The translations under genes and the position numbers were made by a program. Positions 1-8,980 of a stretch of 55,118 bases of DNA are shown one piece after another. This DNA comes from a virus. Its lineage: Duplodnaviria > Caudoviricetes. The notes beneath the pieces were generated by a model. The model saw nothing but the letters and a program-made list of their open reading frames with translations. It was not told the origin of the DNA and made no database searches. The stretch lies in the IMG/VR virus record IMGVR_UViG_3300036925_000021, positions 1-55,118 of that record; one strand, written 5' to 3'. Numbering within the stretch: the first letter of the stretch is position 1; each line of letters opens with the position of its first letter.

Positions 1-127
1 GCGCTAGCTGTCACGGCCGCGCCGCTGCCGCGCACCCCCAGCATCAGAGGGGGTGCGCATGGTTGGAAGGCTGCCGCTGGAGCCTTTGGTTGCAACAGCC
101 GGGGAGGAGTTGGGGCCGGCGCCGGAT
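1..127. repeat. 127-bp exact terminal direct repeat (circularisation overlap), copy 1
   Basis: 1-127 is identical to 54992-55118; the ParB-like ORF stop lies in copy 2 and the terS start in copy 1, so gene order runs continuously across the join. Confidence 0.95.
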
Positions 128-934
128 TGGGCGCCGGCGGGGCCGCCGGCGCCGCCGGTGGGATGGGACACCGTGCCGGTAGGCCGCCCGCAGAATTTAA
201 CCACGGAGCTGCTGCAGCGCATCGGCGCCGCGGCGATGGCCGGCCTGGGGCGAGACGACATCGCGGCGGCGGCGGGGGTGGGTCGCTCGACGCTCATGGG
301 GTATTTGGCGGCGGCGCGGGCTGTCTCCGAGCTGCTCGTAGAGGGCTGGGAGGACTGGACTGTTGCGCGGTTGCGTCGCTTGGCCGCCCGGCTCGGCATC
401 GAAGCGAGCGACGTTGTGGGCTCCGGAAAGCGCGGGGGCAAGCTTCGCGCGGACTGGGTGCGAGCCATCCCGGGACAGGGCGTGTACCCCCCGCGGGCGG
501 GCGACGGGCGCTATCCGGTCGGGTTGTTGCTGGACTTGTTGGACGTACTCGAAAGGGCCGCGCCAAGGGGCGAGGCGGTGACGGTGCAGCAGCTCGCGCG
601 CTCCGGCAAGGGCGGCCAGGAGGTGAAGCGATCGTGGACGAAGAAGCGCTATCGCGTCGAGGGCGAGACGCGGACGCTGATCGAGGTGGAGGAGCGGGAG
701 GAGCTGCGGGAGCTGCCGCCGCACCCGATGAGCTTGCGCTTCATGCTGGAGCGGCACCCAAAGTGGCGGGCGCGATGGGGCAGCGGCGCGCAGATCACGC
801 CCCAAGCTTTCGAGGACTACCTCGGTCGGTTGGCGGCGGTGGTGGCGGCCGAGATCACCGACCCGCAGGCCCTGCTTCGGATTGAGGAGGCCTGGTCTCG
901 CATCCCCTTGGGGGCGGCGCCCGGCTTAGAATAG
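59..934 (+). CDS. terS: probable terminase small subunit with an inserted HeH/PSBD-like helical module
   Basis: GRPQNLTTELLQRI...AAAAGVGRSTL HTH typical of TerS; lies downstream of a ParB-N gene and upstream of terL; purine-rich RBS before ATG 59. Confidence 0.6.
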   Translation: MVGRLPLEPLVATAGEELGPAPDWAPAGPPAPPVGWDTVPVGRPQNLTTELLQRIGAAAMAGLGRDDIAAAAGVGRSTLMGYLAAARAVSELLVEGWEDWTVARLRRLAARLGIEASDVVGSGKRGGKLRADWVRAIPGQGVYPPRAGDGRYPVGLLLDLLDVLERAAPRGEAVTVQQLARSGKGGQEVKRSWTKKRYRVEGETRTLIEVEEREELRELPPHPMSLRFMLERHPKWRARWGSGAQITPQAFEDYLGRLAAVVAAEITDPQALLRIEEAWSRIPLGAAPGLE

Positions 935-971
935 GCAGTATTCGGTATAGACCCCTGGAAAGGAGAAGCCA

Positions 972-1610
972 ATGGCAGCGATGACCATCGAGCAGTTCGT
1001 CGCCGGCGTCGCGTCGGTGACGCGGCTGCCCCGGATTGACGTTCAGCGCCCCCTTACCCCGACAGACTGGCGCCTGGCGGCGCAGTGGTTTGCCGACGAG
1101 GTACCCCTGGCTGTGATCGCGGAGGTGGCGGAGGAGGTTTCGGCCGCCATGGTCCGGGAGCACGGCACCGCCTCCAGCCTCGTCTATCTCGCCGCGCCGG
1201 TGCGGCGGCGGTGGGGGGAGGCGCGCCGGATGCGCACCCTCGCCGCGAGGGGGCCAGCGCAACCTATCGAGATCGACGTGGCGGCGGCGCTTCGCACGCT
1301 GGAGCGCCAGGTCCTCGCTGCGGTTGGCGAAGACGACGAGCTCACCTCTGCTCTGGCCGGCCTGCGTGCCGAGCGGTGGCTACGTGGGGACCCCTGGCTG
1401 GTCGAGGACGCCCTGCGGCAGGCGCAGGCGGCGAGGGCGGGCGCTTTGGTCGAGGAGCACCGCCTGGCGCTCCTGGGGCGCTACGGAGGGCGCATGCGGC
1501 TCTTCTCGCAGGAGGGGCGGGAGCGCTTCTTGCGCCGGGCGGCGTGGGGCGCGGCTGGCCTCCCGCGCCTGACCCTCTTCGCGCTTGGCGAGGGGGCATA
1601 CCGTGGCTAG
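972..1610 (+). CDS. DnaD-like helical protein, resembling a conserved Acidobacteriota hypothetical family
   Basis: LTPTDWRLAAQW..EVPL, SSLVYL and C-terminal GLPRLTLFAL motifs; RBS CCCCTGGAAAGGAG at 952. Confidence 0.5.
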   Translation: MAAMTIEQFVAGVASVTRLPRIDVQRPLTPTDWRLAAQWFADEVPLAVIAEVAEEVSAAMVREHGTASSLVYLAAPVRRRWGEARRMRTLAARGPAQPIEIDVAAALRTLERQVLAAVGEDDELTSALAGLRAERWLRGDPWLVEDALRQAQAARAGALVEEHRLALLGRYGGRMRLFSQEGRERFLRRAAWGAAGLPRLTLFALGEGAYRG

Positions 1611-2007
1611 GGGGCGGCGGCGGGCGCTGGATCACCAGCCCACCCAGGCGGTGGTCGAGCCGGAGACAAGGCGCTACCGCCTTACAGCGGGGCGCCGGAG
1701 GCAGGCGACGCACGAGGGGCCGATCACCTGGAGCACACTAGATCCCGCGCTCCGGTGGCGGACCGGCGCGATCGCCACGGCGGGCGGCTACTTCGCGTAC
1801 CGCGTGCAGTGGCGGGCGGGGAGGGGGGGGGCTGGCCCGTCCCAGCTGCCCACCTACTCGCGCCTCCAGACCGTTTGGAGCGGTGCGCTGTACGAGCGGA
1901 CGTGGTGGGGCAAGGTCTACTCGCATCAGCACCTCGTCACCCTGGCCCGGGTGTTGAGCAAGGAGCTGGCCGAGCAGGCGGCCGGCACGGGCGGGGGGGC
2001 GCGATGA
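1603..2007 (+). CDS. hypothetical protein
   Basis: GTG start overlaps the previous stop; stop overlaps the next ATG. Confidence 0.55.
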   Translation: MARGRRRALDHQPTQAVVEPETRRYRLTAGRRRQATHEGPITWSTLDPALRWRTGAIATAGGYFAYRVQWRAGRGGAGPSQLPTYSRLQTVWSGALYERTWWGKVYSHQHLVTLARVLSKELAEQAAGTGGGAR

Positions 2008-2411
2008 GGCCGGCCCGCGCCTTCTGCCGCTGCGGCTTCCCGCGCCTTGAATGGCCGGGGCGCTACCGCTGGGCCTGCGTTCACGGCCACGGCCTGGAGC
2101 CGCCGCCCGGCCCCTACGTTGTCTCTCGCCGGCCCGCTGGCGGTGCCGAGGCCCGGCCCCTTCGGGCAACTTGCGGGGGCTGCGGCGCCCCCGCGGGGGA
2201 TCTCGATGGTGGCCGCTGCGGCGCCTGCATGGTCGCTGACGGCCTGCCGCCGGCGCTGGGTGCGACCCGCCGACGCCTGGCCGTGGCTGCTATCGCCGAG
2301 TCGCTCGCGGGTCGCTCGCTGGCTACCTGGCTGCGCGGCCGGGAGGGCCGCGGGGCGGGGCCGGTGCCGCGGGCGCTGGTTGCCAGCCTGGCAGCGGAGA
2401 GGGCACCATGA
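2004..2411 (+). CDS. Cys-rich putative zinc-binding protein
   Basis: CRCG, CVHGH, CGGCG and CGAC motifs; ATGA coupling on both sides. Confidence 0.55.
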   Translation: MRPARAFCRCGFPRLEWPGRYRWACVHGHGLEPPPGPYVVSRRPAGGAEARPLRATCGGCGAPAGDLDGGRCGACMVADGLPPALGATRRRLAVAAIAESLAGRSLATWLRGREGRGAGPVPRALVASLAAERAP

Positions 2412-2746
2412 GCGTCTCCGTTGGGCGCCCCCCATCCTGTGCCTTCTGCGGCTGCACGGACGATGATTGCGGGCGGTGCGTCGAGCGCTCGGGTGCCCCG
2501 TGCTCATGGCTCCCGCGGCTTCGCGGCTTCGCACCCTTCCTCCGCCAGCCGAGGACCTGCTCGTGCTGCGCCCCTTTCCTCGTGGTTGAGCTGGGCCTGG
2601 TCACGCCGGAGGCGCGCAAGGCCTGGCGCCGGACCGTGGCCGCCTTTCTTGCGGAATGCGACGATGCCGGCGCCCCGTGGCTCAACGGCAGCATTGCGGC
2701 GGCGATGCTGCAGCGCATCACCGTGCGCGGGAGGGAGCATGCCTAG
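2408..2746 (+). CDS. Cys-rich phage protein (CxxCGCTDDDC family)
   Basis: CAFCGCTDDDCGRCVERSGAPCSW...CSCC motif recalled from phage small proteins. Confidence 0.6.
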   Translation: MSVSVGRPPSCAFCGCTDDDCGRCVERSGAPCSWLPRLRGFAPFLRQPRTCSCCAPFLVVELGLVTPEARKAWRRTVAAFLAECDDAGAPWLNGSIAAAMLQRITVRGREHA

Positions 2747-3431
2747 GCGCCTCAGCGAGGAGACGCGCCGGGCCGCGCTGGCCGCGTATCGGCGCACCGG
2801 CTCGATCCTGCGGACCGCCCGGGAGGTGGGGGCCTCGGCGTCCTGGGTGGGCACGGTGGTGCGCGGCGCCGGCATCGGTACACCCACGCCCGTCTTCCCG
2901 GCCTCCCTTGTCCGGCGCGCGGTCACGCTCTACGTCGGGCAGGGCCTGAGCGTGGCTCGCGTGGCGGAGCAGCTCGCGCGCGAGGTCGAGGGCGACGGCC
3001 CCTCCGCTACATGGGTATGGCGCCACCTACGGGGCGCCGGCGTGCTGCGCTCGAAGCGGGGCGCGCAGCGGCGCCGGCGCGAGAAGCGGAACGCGCGGAC
3101 CGACGCGGAGGCCGCTCGTCAGGCGGTCGCGATGTACGACGCCGGCTACTCGATCGAGGCGATCCGAAGGCGGCTCCACGTCGCTCATCGCCGGGCCAGC
3201 GCTTGGATCGCCGCCGAGCGGGAACTGCGCGCGCCCTCGAAGGCCGCTGAGATCCGCCACTGGGCCGCCCCTACGGATGCTGTCCGCGCCCGCCTCCGCC
3301 GGCGCGCCAGGGTGATCCAGCTGCGCCTCATGGGCGAGACCTACGCCGACATCGCTGCGGACGTCGGCATCTGCCCCGCCACGGTGGGCAACTACCTCAA
3401 GGCGGCCGGCATGGTGCGTGCGCGTGGGTAA
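2739..3431 (+). CDS. multi-HTH DNA-binding protein, possible late-gene activator
   Basis: four HTH-like units (SILRTAREVGAS, GLSVARVAEQL, GYSIEAIRRRL, GETYADIAADVGICPATVGNYL); directly upstream of terL. Confidence 0.7.
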   Translation: MPRRLSEETRRAALAAYRRTGSILRTAREVGASASWVGTVVRGAGIGTPTPVFPASLVRRAVTLYVGQGLSVARVAEQLAREVEGDGPSATWVWRHLRGAGVLRSKRGAQRRRREKRNARTDAEAARQAVAMYDAGYSIEAIRRRLHVAHRRASAWIAAERELRAPSKAAEIRHWAAPTDAVRARLRRRARVIQLRLMGETYADIAADVGICPATVGNYLKAAGMVRARG

Positions 3432-3477
3432 GCGGCGCCGCTACGGCCCGCGCCCGCGCGCCCGGTAGACTGCTTCG

Positions 3478-5274
3478 ATGCAACCGCCGGACCCCCGGGG
3501 CGGCCTCGCCCTTGCCGACATAGCCCGCCTCGCCCTGGCGCGCGGCCTACGCTCCGCCGGCAGCCTGGCCGGCGACCGGCGTCCGGAGGACAGGCGGGCG
3601 TACGTGGGGCAGCCGGCCAAGTACTTCCGGGACGTCCTGGGCATCACTCGGCTCTGGAGCGTCCAGGAGGAGGCCCTGGACCTGATCGAGCGGCACGACC
3701 GGGTGCTGCTTCCTTCAGGCAACAACCTGGGCAAGACCTTTCTGCTGGGCGCGTACGCCGTCTACTGGTACGACGCCGTGGGCGCGGAGTCGGACCCCGA
3801 GATGGGGCTCACCGAGCGCGGGGCTCGGGTCCTTCTGCCCGGACCCTCCCACCGAACGATCCTCAACACCATCTACGCGGAGATTCTGGAGCACATGGCG
3901 CGCGCTGAGGCGCGCGGGCACAAGATGCCGGGGCGGCGCTCCCAGCTATCCGTGCTCTGCCGGGTGCGGGAGCGCTGGTGCATGGAGCCCATCTCGCCTC
4001 GGACCCGGACGCAGCAGGACGTCACGCACGACGCCTCCGGACGCCACGCGTTCTACCAAATCGCCCTGATCGAGGAGGGGGCCGGCGTCAGCGATGCCGT
4101 GTGGCGCTCCGTTGAGGGCATGTGCTCGTCGGCCGGCAACAAGATCATCTCCTCCTTCAACCCCACCGAGCCGAGGGGGCCGGCGTTCCAGCGGGCCAAG
4201 CTGGCGGGCTGGAAGGTCATCCACTTCGACGCCTTCACCCACCCCAACATCCGCCAGCGCCGCGGAGTCATCCCCTCGGCGATCGATCACCGAGTGATCG
4301 ACCAGCGGGTGGTGGACGATTGCACCGACCTGGGGCCGCCCCGGGTGGGTTTGGTGCCCGACCCCCAGCTGCATGACTTCTGGTACGCCGTGCCGCCGGA
4401 CGGGGTGTCGGACGATGGCGGGGGGCGCGCGGACGGTGTGCCGGGCCATCCGCGGGGCGAGGTCCGCCTCTACCGGCCCAGTAACACGTTTCTCGCGCAA
4501 GTGCGCGGGCAGTGGCCGGCCTCTGCGCACTCGGGGCTGTTCGATCCGGGCGCCTGGGACGCGGCCGTGCGCCGGGGGGAGGAGACGCCGATGCCCGGCG
4601 GGCCTCCCGAGCGGGTCGGCTTCGACGTCGCGCGGGAGGGGGACGACACCTCAGTGCTTGCCCCTGCCTGGGGTCGACCTGCGGCGGTTCTGCTGCGGGA
4701 CCGCCACGACGCGCTGGTGGCGCGCGACGAGGCGGCGCTGGCGCGGCTCCAGGCCGATGGCCGCGCCCGGGTCGGCTGGCCGGTCCCCCTTGCCAAGGGC
4801 CGCGGGCCGGCGACCGCCCGCCAGGCGTCGAGCAGCTACCCCGACGCCTCGGTCCTTTGGATCATCGACGAGGGCAGCGTCGGCGCAAGCCCGCTGGATC
4901 ACATGGGGGAAGTCCTCGGCCGGGAGGTGGTGCCGGTGAGCTTCGCCGCCAGCCCCCCCGACGAGCGGCTGCCCGGGGAGCCCTACGCCGCCAACATGCG
5001 GGCGTCCCTGTTTATCCGGGCCGCCATGCTGGTCAACGCCGGCTTGGTTGATCTCCCGGATGATCCGGATCTCCGGGAGGAGTGCCTGGCCCACGAGGTC
5101 ATACACGAGGCCCGGACCGTCGTCGACGACAACGGCCAGCGGCATCGAGTTGAGGCGGTCCGGGTCGAGCCGAAGGACAAGGTGAAGAAGAAGCTCGGCC
5201 GCTCCCCGGACCGCGCCGACGCTTTGGTCCTCTCCCTCTTCGAGCCGCCTGGCGGCGGATGGGGCCTCACCTAG
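3478..5274 (+). CDS. terL: terminase large subunit
   Basis: Walker A SGNNLGKT, Walker B LIEEGAGV, coupling motif FNP, nuclease motifs GFDVAREGDD and RSPDRADAL. Confidence 0.93.
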   Translation: MQPPDPRGGLALADIARLALARGLRSAGSLAGDRRPEDRRAYVGQPAKYFRDVLGITRLWSVQEEALDLIERHDRVLLPSGNNLGKTFLLGAYAVYWYDAVGAESDPEMGLTERGARVLLPGPSHRTILNTIYAEILEHMARAEARGHKMPGRRSQLSVLCRVRERWCMEPISPRTRTQQDVTHDASGRHAFYQIALIEEGAGVSDAVWRSVEGMCSSAGNKIISSFNPTEPRGPAFQRAKLAGWKVIHFDAFTHPNIRQRRGVIPSAIDHRVIDQRVVDDCTDLGPPRVGLVPDPQLHDFWYAVPPDGVSDDGGGRADGVPGHPRGEVRLYRPSNTFLAQVRGQWPASAHSGLFDPGAWDAAVRRGEETPMPGGPPERVGFDVAREGDDTSVLAPAWGRPAAVLLRDRHDALVARDEAALARLQADGRARVGWPVPLAKGRGPATARQASSSYPDASVLWIIDEGSVGASPLDHMGEVLGREVVPVSFAASPPDERLPGEPYAANMRASLFIRAAMLVNAGLVDLPDDPDLREECLAHEVIHEARTVVDDNGQRHRVEAVRVEPKDKVKKKLGRSPDRADALVLSLFEPPGGGWGLT

Positions 5275-5282
5275 CCCCGCTA

Positions 5283-5301
5283 CCCACCCCGGCGGGGTGG
5301 G
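5283..5301 (+). terminator. GC hairpin after terL
   Basis: cccacccc-ggc-ggggtggg just after the stop; no U-tract. Confidence 0.4.
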
Positions 5302-5307
5302 GGGGGA

Positions 5308-5336
5308 TGGCAGCGCGATGCCTTATAGGTTATAAT
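5308..5336 (+). promoter_or_regulatory. sigma70-type promoter with overlapping palindromic operator, copy 1
   Basis: TGGCAG-N17-TATAAT with TTATAGGTTATAAT; matches the copies at 35197 and 41197. Confidence 0.8.
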
Positions 5337-5390
5337 CCTCCCCACGGCGCTCCCGTTGGTGGGGGTGCCGCCCCTGGAAAGGAGAAGCAC

Positions 5391-6047
5391 ATGCGACGCA
5401 TCGTGGTCTTCGACATCGAGACCGCCGGCCTCCGGGCCGGCACGCACCCCATTATTCAGTTCGCCGCCCTCGCGGCCGATCTGCCGAACCAACCCGGCGA
5501 GGATCGCTCCATCTACGAGGTCGTCGAAGAGATCGAGGTGAAGGTCCAGTTCGAGGGCCTGGAGACCGATCCGGAGGCCCTCTCGCGGAACTCGTACAAC
5601 CCGACCGCGTGGGCACGCGAGGCCGTTCCGCCGCTGACGGCCGCGGAGCGGGTCTCGACGTTCTTCCGGCGGCACGCCGCCCTGGAGCGGGTCTCGAAGA
5701 CGAAGGGAACCACCTACCGGGTGGCCGAGATCTGCGCCTACAACGGCGTCCTCTTCGACGGCGAGTTCCTCGTGACCTGGTACAGGCAGCTCGGGTTGTT
5801 CTGCCCGGCCGCCTGCTACGAGATCGTCGACCCCCTGCAGCTCGCCCGCTGGATCTCCCGCTTCGGCGACCGGCGGCGAATCGGCACCCCGCCGGACAAC
5901 CTGCGCCTGGAGAGCGTCGCGGCGTGGCTCGGCATCGAGCGCCCCGGCGAGATGCACGACGCCCTCAACGACGCCCGGGTCACCCTGCGGGTGATGTGGC
6001 GGCTGATGCAGCTCGCCGGCCTGGCGGAGGAGCGCAACCATGGCTAG
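5391..6047 (+). CDS. DEDDh 3'-5' exonuclease (DnaQ/RNase T family)
   Basis: ExoI VVFDIETAGL, ExoII YNGVLFDGEFL, ExoIII HDALND; RBS CCCCTGGAAAGGAG. Confidence 0.9.
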   Translation: MRRIVVFDIETAGLRAGTHPIIQFAALAADLPNQPGEDRSIYEVVEEIEVKVQFEGLETDPEALSRNSYNPTAWAREAVPPLTAAERVSTFFRRHAALERVSKTKGTTYRVAEICAYNGVLFDGEFLVTWYRQLGLFCPAACYEIVDPLQLARWISRFGDRRRIGTPPDNLRLESVAAWLGIERPGEMHDALNDARVTLRVMWRLMQLAGLAEERNHG

Positions 6048-6594
6048 GGGGCCAATCGAGGTGCAGGTCGTGCGGTCCCATGGCAAAGTGGCGATCGGCC
6101 AACGCCTGGTGGGTTTCGGCGTCGTGGTCCACCACGGACCTGGCGCCCATAGCGTCGAGGTGCTCACCGACGGCGAGCCTCACCCTCATCTGGTGGGGGG
6201 CGACGACTACGACGCCGTCTCCATCAACCTTTCGCGGGCCGCCGAGATCGAGCTGGGGCGGCTCTTCGATGCGCTCGGCGTGCGCTACAACCCCGACCTC
6301 GGGCGCGGGCTGCTGGATGATCTGGAGGCGGCGCGGCGCCAGGTGGGGGCGCCCGCCCTCAGCGTGGAGGAGGCGACTTGCCTGGCGCCGAGCGCCGCCG
6401 GTCCGTGGGAGGTGTCACCGATCATCGACGCTGGCATCTCCGACTCCGCGAGGTGGCGAGACTGGCCGTCCTTCGATCCATCCCACGGGCACCTCGCTCA
6501 GCGGATCGTGCGCAGCGTCGTCGAGAGGATCTACGGGGCCGGCTTTGTCATCGCCCGGCGCGCCGTGCCGGCCGGGCCGAGGGGGGGGGCCTGA
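6040..6594 (+). CDS. hypothetical protein
   Basis: coupled ORF, GGAGGAG RBS, protein-like composition. Confidence 0.65.
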   Translation: MARGPIEVQVVRSHGKVAIGQRLVGFGVVVHHGPGAHSVEVLTDGEPHPHLVGGDDYDAVSINLSRAAEIELGRLFDALGVRYNPDLGRGLLDDLEAARRQVGAPALSVEEATCLAPSAAGPWEVSPIIDAGISDSARWRDWPSFDPSHGHLAQRIVRSVVERIYGAGFVIARRAVPAGPRGGA

Positions 6595-7001
6595 TGCTAC
6601 CCACCGGCATACAGGTTCCCGCCGCAAGATTCACCGCCGCGGCGGAACTCGCCGTGGCCGCTTACGCCGAGAACGGCCGCGTTGCCCTGGTGCTCATCGG
6701 CGAACGGGGCGTGGAGGCGAAGGCGACGGTCAACCTCGTCGACGTCGAGCTGCCGGCTGGCTGCGTCCACCTCAAGGGCTGGAGCGAAAACGAGGGTCTG
6801 CCGGAGGCGCTCGTCGCCGCCGGCGCCGTCGAGTTGACTGGCGAGGTGGTGCGCACGGGCCGCGTCGAGGCGCAGGTCGCCAGGCTGACCGGCCGCCTCG
6901 CCGAGATGATCCCGGGGGCGGAGAGCGGGTCGGCTTCGACGTCGCGCGGGCGCCACCAGCGCGTCGTGGCGGTCCCGCAGCAGAAGGAGGAACCATCATG
7001 A
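6594..7001 (+). CDS. DUF4313-like protein with a terL-derived C-terminal tail
   Basis: ATVNL...KGWSENEGLPEALVAAG...TG motif; 6923-6985 matches terL DNA. Confidence 0.65.
   Translation: MLPTGIQVPAARFTAAAELAVAAYAENGRVALVLIGERGVEAKATVNLVDVELPAGCVHLKGWSENEGLPEALVAAGAVELTGEVVRTGRVEAQVARLTGRLAEMIPGAESGSASTSRGRHQRVVAVPQQKEEPS
6923..6985. repeat. chimeric duplicate of terL: 28 bp direct (=4609-4636) joined to 36 bp inverted (=4688-4723)
   Basis: exact matches read base by base; the two blocks share base 6950. Confidence 0.9.
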
Positions 7002-7189
7002 GCTGGCAGAGACAACTCGAGCGGGAGGAGGAGGAGCTGGAACGCGCGTACAACCAGGGGGAGATCTCCGCGGAGGCGTACCGGCGGGAGCTTCGCGAGC
7101 TGCACCGAGAGGCGCTCAGGGCCGCCGAGGAAGAGGCGCGGGACGCCTACGATGCGGTCATGGGCCAGCACCTCGGGGGGCACTACTGA
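6998..7189 (+). CDS. small helical protein (SHOCT-like GEISAEAY motif)
   Basis: AGGAGG RBS, ATGA overlap, 63 aa. Confidence 0.65.
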   Translation: MSWQRQLEREEEELERAYNQGEISAEAYRRELRELHREALRAAEEEARDAYDAVMGQHLGGHY

Positions 7190-7488
7190 TGCCCCGCCTC
7201 AGTGAGGGGGCGGCGATGGCCATGGCGCGGGCCGAGGCCAAGCTTGAGCGGGAGGGGAGGGGCTACCGACTCCGGACCTCCGAAAGCCTCTCCAATCCGC
7301 TGCCGCTGGCCGTCGCGATGGAGCAACAGTGCGCGTGGCTGGCGCGGCGCTGCCTTGCCTGGATGGGGTACAGCACCACCACCCAGGATCTCACCATGGG
7401 GATGACCGGCCCGGCCCACATGCGGGTCCGCAAGGCCCTGGCCGAGCTGCGCCGCGGTGCCGGCCTGGAAGGGGGGCGCGATGCCTAG
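7189..7488 (+). CDS. hypothetical protein
   Basis: TGATG coupling. Confidence 0.55.
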   Translation: MPRLSEGAAMAMARAEAKLEREGRGYRLRTSESLSNPLPLAVAMEQQCAWLARRCLAWMGYSTTTQDLTMGMTGPAHMRVRKALAELRRGAGLEGGRDA

Positions 7489-7927
7489 CACGGAACGCTG
7501 GATCTCCGCTGGCCAGCGCATCATTGCCGGCAAGCTGGCCAACGCGTGGGCGCCTGACGAGGCATCGCTGGAGACCGAGGACCTGCTCTGCTACGCGGTG
7601 CGGCGCGGGCGCACGTACAGCCTCGGGATGAGCTACGAGGCGCAGGTCGAGCGGTCCGATGACAGGGTGACGCTCCACGGGACGCCGGCCTGCACGGGCG
7701 AGAAGGCGGCCCTGCCGGCAGCGCTCCTTGCCCGCTGGGCGGCCAGGACCGAGGCCGCACGGGCGCGCCATACAGCGGGGCAGGCAGAGGCCAGGGCGAA
7801 GCGTGAAGGCAGCCCCATCGGGGCCATGACGCTCGAAGCACTACGCGAGGAGCTGCGCCGCCTCCCGGCGCCGCATCGCCGGGGCCTTCTTGCGTTCACC
7901 CTGGACTACCTGGCGGGGGTGGGCTGA
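7481..7927 (+). CDS. hypothetical protein
   Basis: RBS and coupling with neighbours. Confidence 0.6.
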   Translation: MPSTERWISAGQRIIAGKLANAWAPDEASLETEDLLCYAVRRGRTYSLGMSYEAQVERSDDRVTLHGTPACTGEKAALPAALLARWAARTEAARARHTAGQAEARAKREGSPIGAMTLEALREELRRLPAPHRRGLLAFTLDYLAGVG

Positions 7928-8205
7928 TGCCGGCGCGGCCGCCCGCCCACGACGCTTTGACCGCCGCTTGGGTTGACTACCTGACCGCCGGCGGCCTGCT
8001 GGCCGCGCTGGAGGCGGTGGAGTGGAGCGGCAAGCGCCAACCTCAAGACGGATGCTACGAGTGGGACGACTGCTGTCCGTGCTGCGGCGCCGTCGAGCGT
8101 CCCGGCGAGTGGGGTGAGGCCGACCAATACAACCCGGGCGAGCATTGGCCCGGATGCCAACTGGCCGCCGCCCTGCGCAAGGCCCGCGGCGAGGCCACCG
8201 CCTGA
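7927..8205 (+). CDS. small Zn-ribbon protein
   Basis: CPCCG...HWPGC motif; TGATG coupling. Confidence 0.65.
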   Translation: MPARPPAHDALTAAWVDYLTAGGLLAALEAVEWSGKRQPQDGCYEWDDCCPCCGAVERPGEWGEADQYNPGEHWPGCQLAAALRKARGEATA

Positions 8206-8579
8206 TGCCCAGGGTCCGCGTCGGCTACGTGCGGCCCCCCTGCCAGGCCGCGGCGCCAGAGCGCTGGGCGCCCTTCCTTGTGGGCTCCGACCTCTTTGTC
8301 TCGACTGGCCGGATTCTCCAGGGGGGTAGCGCCCTTGGCCCCTGCGTACGGGCGTGGCGCGTCCAGCTTTTCCGCCTGGCGCGCAAGGCGATCGAGCCGA
8401 GCTTCGAGCAGCGGGCCAGCGAGTGGGTGCGGGTCGCGAGCATCACCGCGGTGGGGGAGCCGAACATGGCCGGCCACGGCGACCGGGATCGCATCGTCGC
8501 GTGGAACGCCTACTCTCTCCACCAGGTGGTGGCCGACAAGGGGGATGGCCTTCGTCATCACCGCCACTGGTTGGAGTAG
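8205..8579 (+). CDS. hypothetical protein
   Basis: TGATG coupling. Confidence 0.5.
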   Translation: MPRVRVGYVRPPCQAAAPERWAPFLVGSDLFVSTGRILQGGSALGPCVRAWRVQLFRLARKAIEPSFEQRASEWVRVASITAVGEPNMAGHGDRDRIVAWNAYSLHQVVADKGDGLRHHRHWLE

Positions 8580-8583
8580 CCTA

Positions 8584-8606
8584 CAATCAGAGGAAAGGAG
8601 GCACCC
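8584..8606 (+). repeat. 23-bp direct repeat containing an RBS, copy 1
   Basis: caatcagaggaaaggaggcaccc, identical to 9495-9517. Confidence 0.9.
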
Positions 8607-8611
8607 GCACC

Positions 8612-8899
8612 ATGAAGGGACGAATCGAATGCTGGTACTGGGATCTCAAATGCTGGTACTGGCGTCGCGGAGGCGTCGGCTTCCGGTGGGTGTGCTGGGC
8701 GGGCGGCACGACGCCGCAGTCGCCCACGGTGACCGTGCGAGCCTTCACCTTCCGCGGAGCGTACCGGGCGGCACAACGCTGCTGGAACCGCAAGGCGGTC
8801 GCCGTTGAGCCGCTACGCAAGACGCGCAAGCGGCTCCCTGCTCACCCCGGCGACCCGCGCGTCGTTTGGCCGACCGTCGACGCCGAGAGGTGCGCGTAA
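8612..8899 (+). CDS. Trp/Arg-rich hypothetical protein
   Basis: strong RBS; CWYW twice, from a 14-bp tandem duplication. Confidence 0.6.
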   Translation: MKGRIECWYWDLKCWYWRRGGVGFRWVCWAGGTTPQSPTVTVRAFTFRGAYRAAQRCWNRKAVAVEPLRKTRKRLPAHPGDPRVVWPTVDAERCA

Positions 8900-8980
8900 A
8901 CCAAGGGTTCACCCGCGGGGCCGCGCGGATAATCACTGCCACCTCCCGGCCCGAGGGGTGGCGCGACAAGGAGAAGAATG

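Noticed and set aside
1-127. Terminal repeat as a biological DTR
   Set aside because: 127 bp equals a common maximum assembler k-mer and the repeat cuts through coding sequence; it indicates circular assembly, not physical genome ends
6923-6985. terL duplicate as a DGR template/variable pair or mini-CRISPR spacers
   Set aside because: No reverse transcriptase, no adenine-specific mismatches and no flanking repeats
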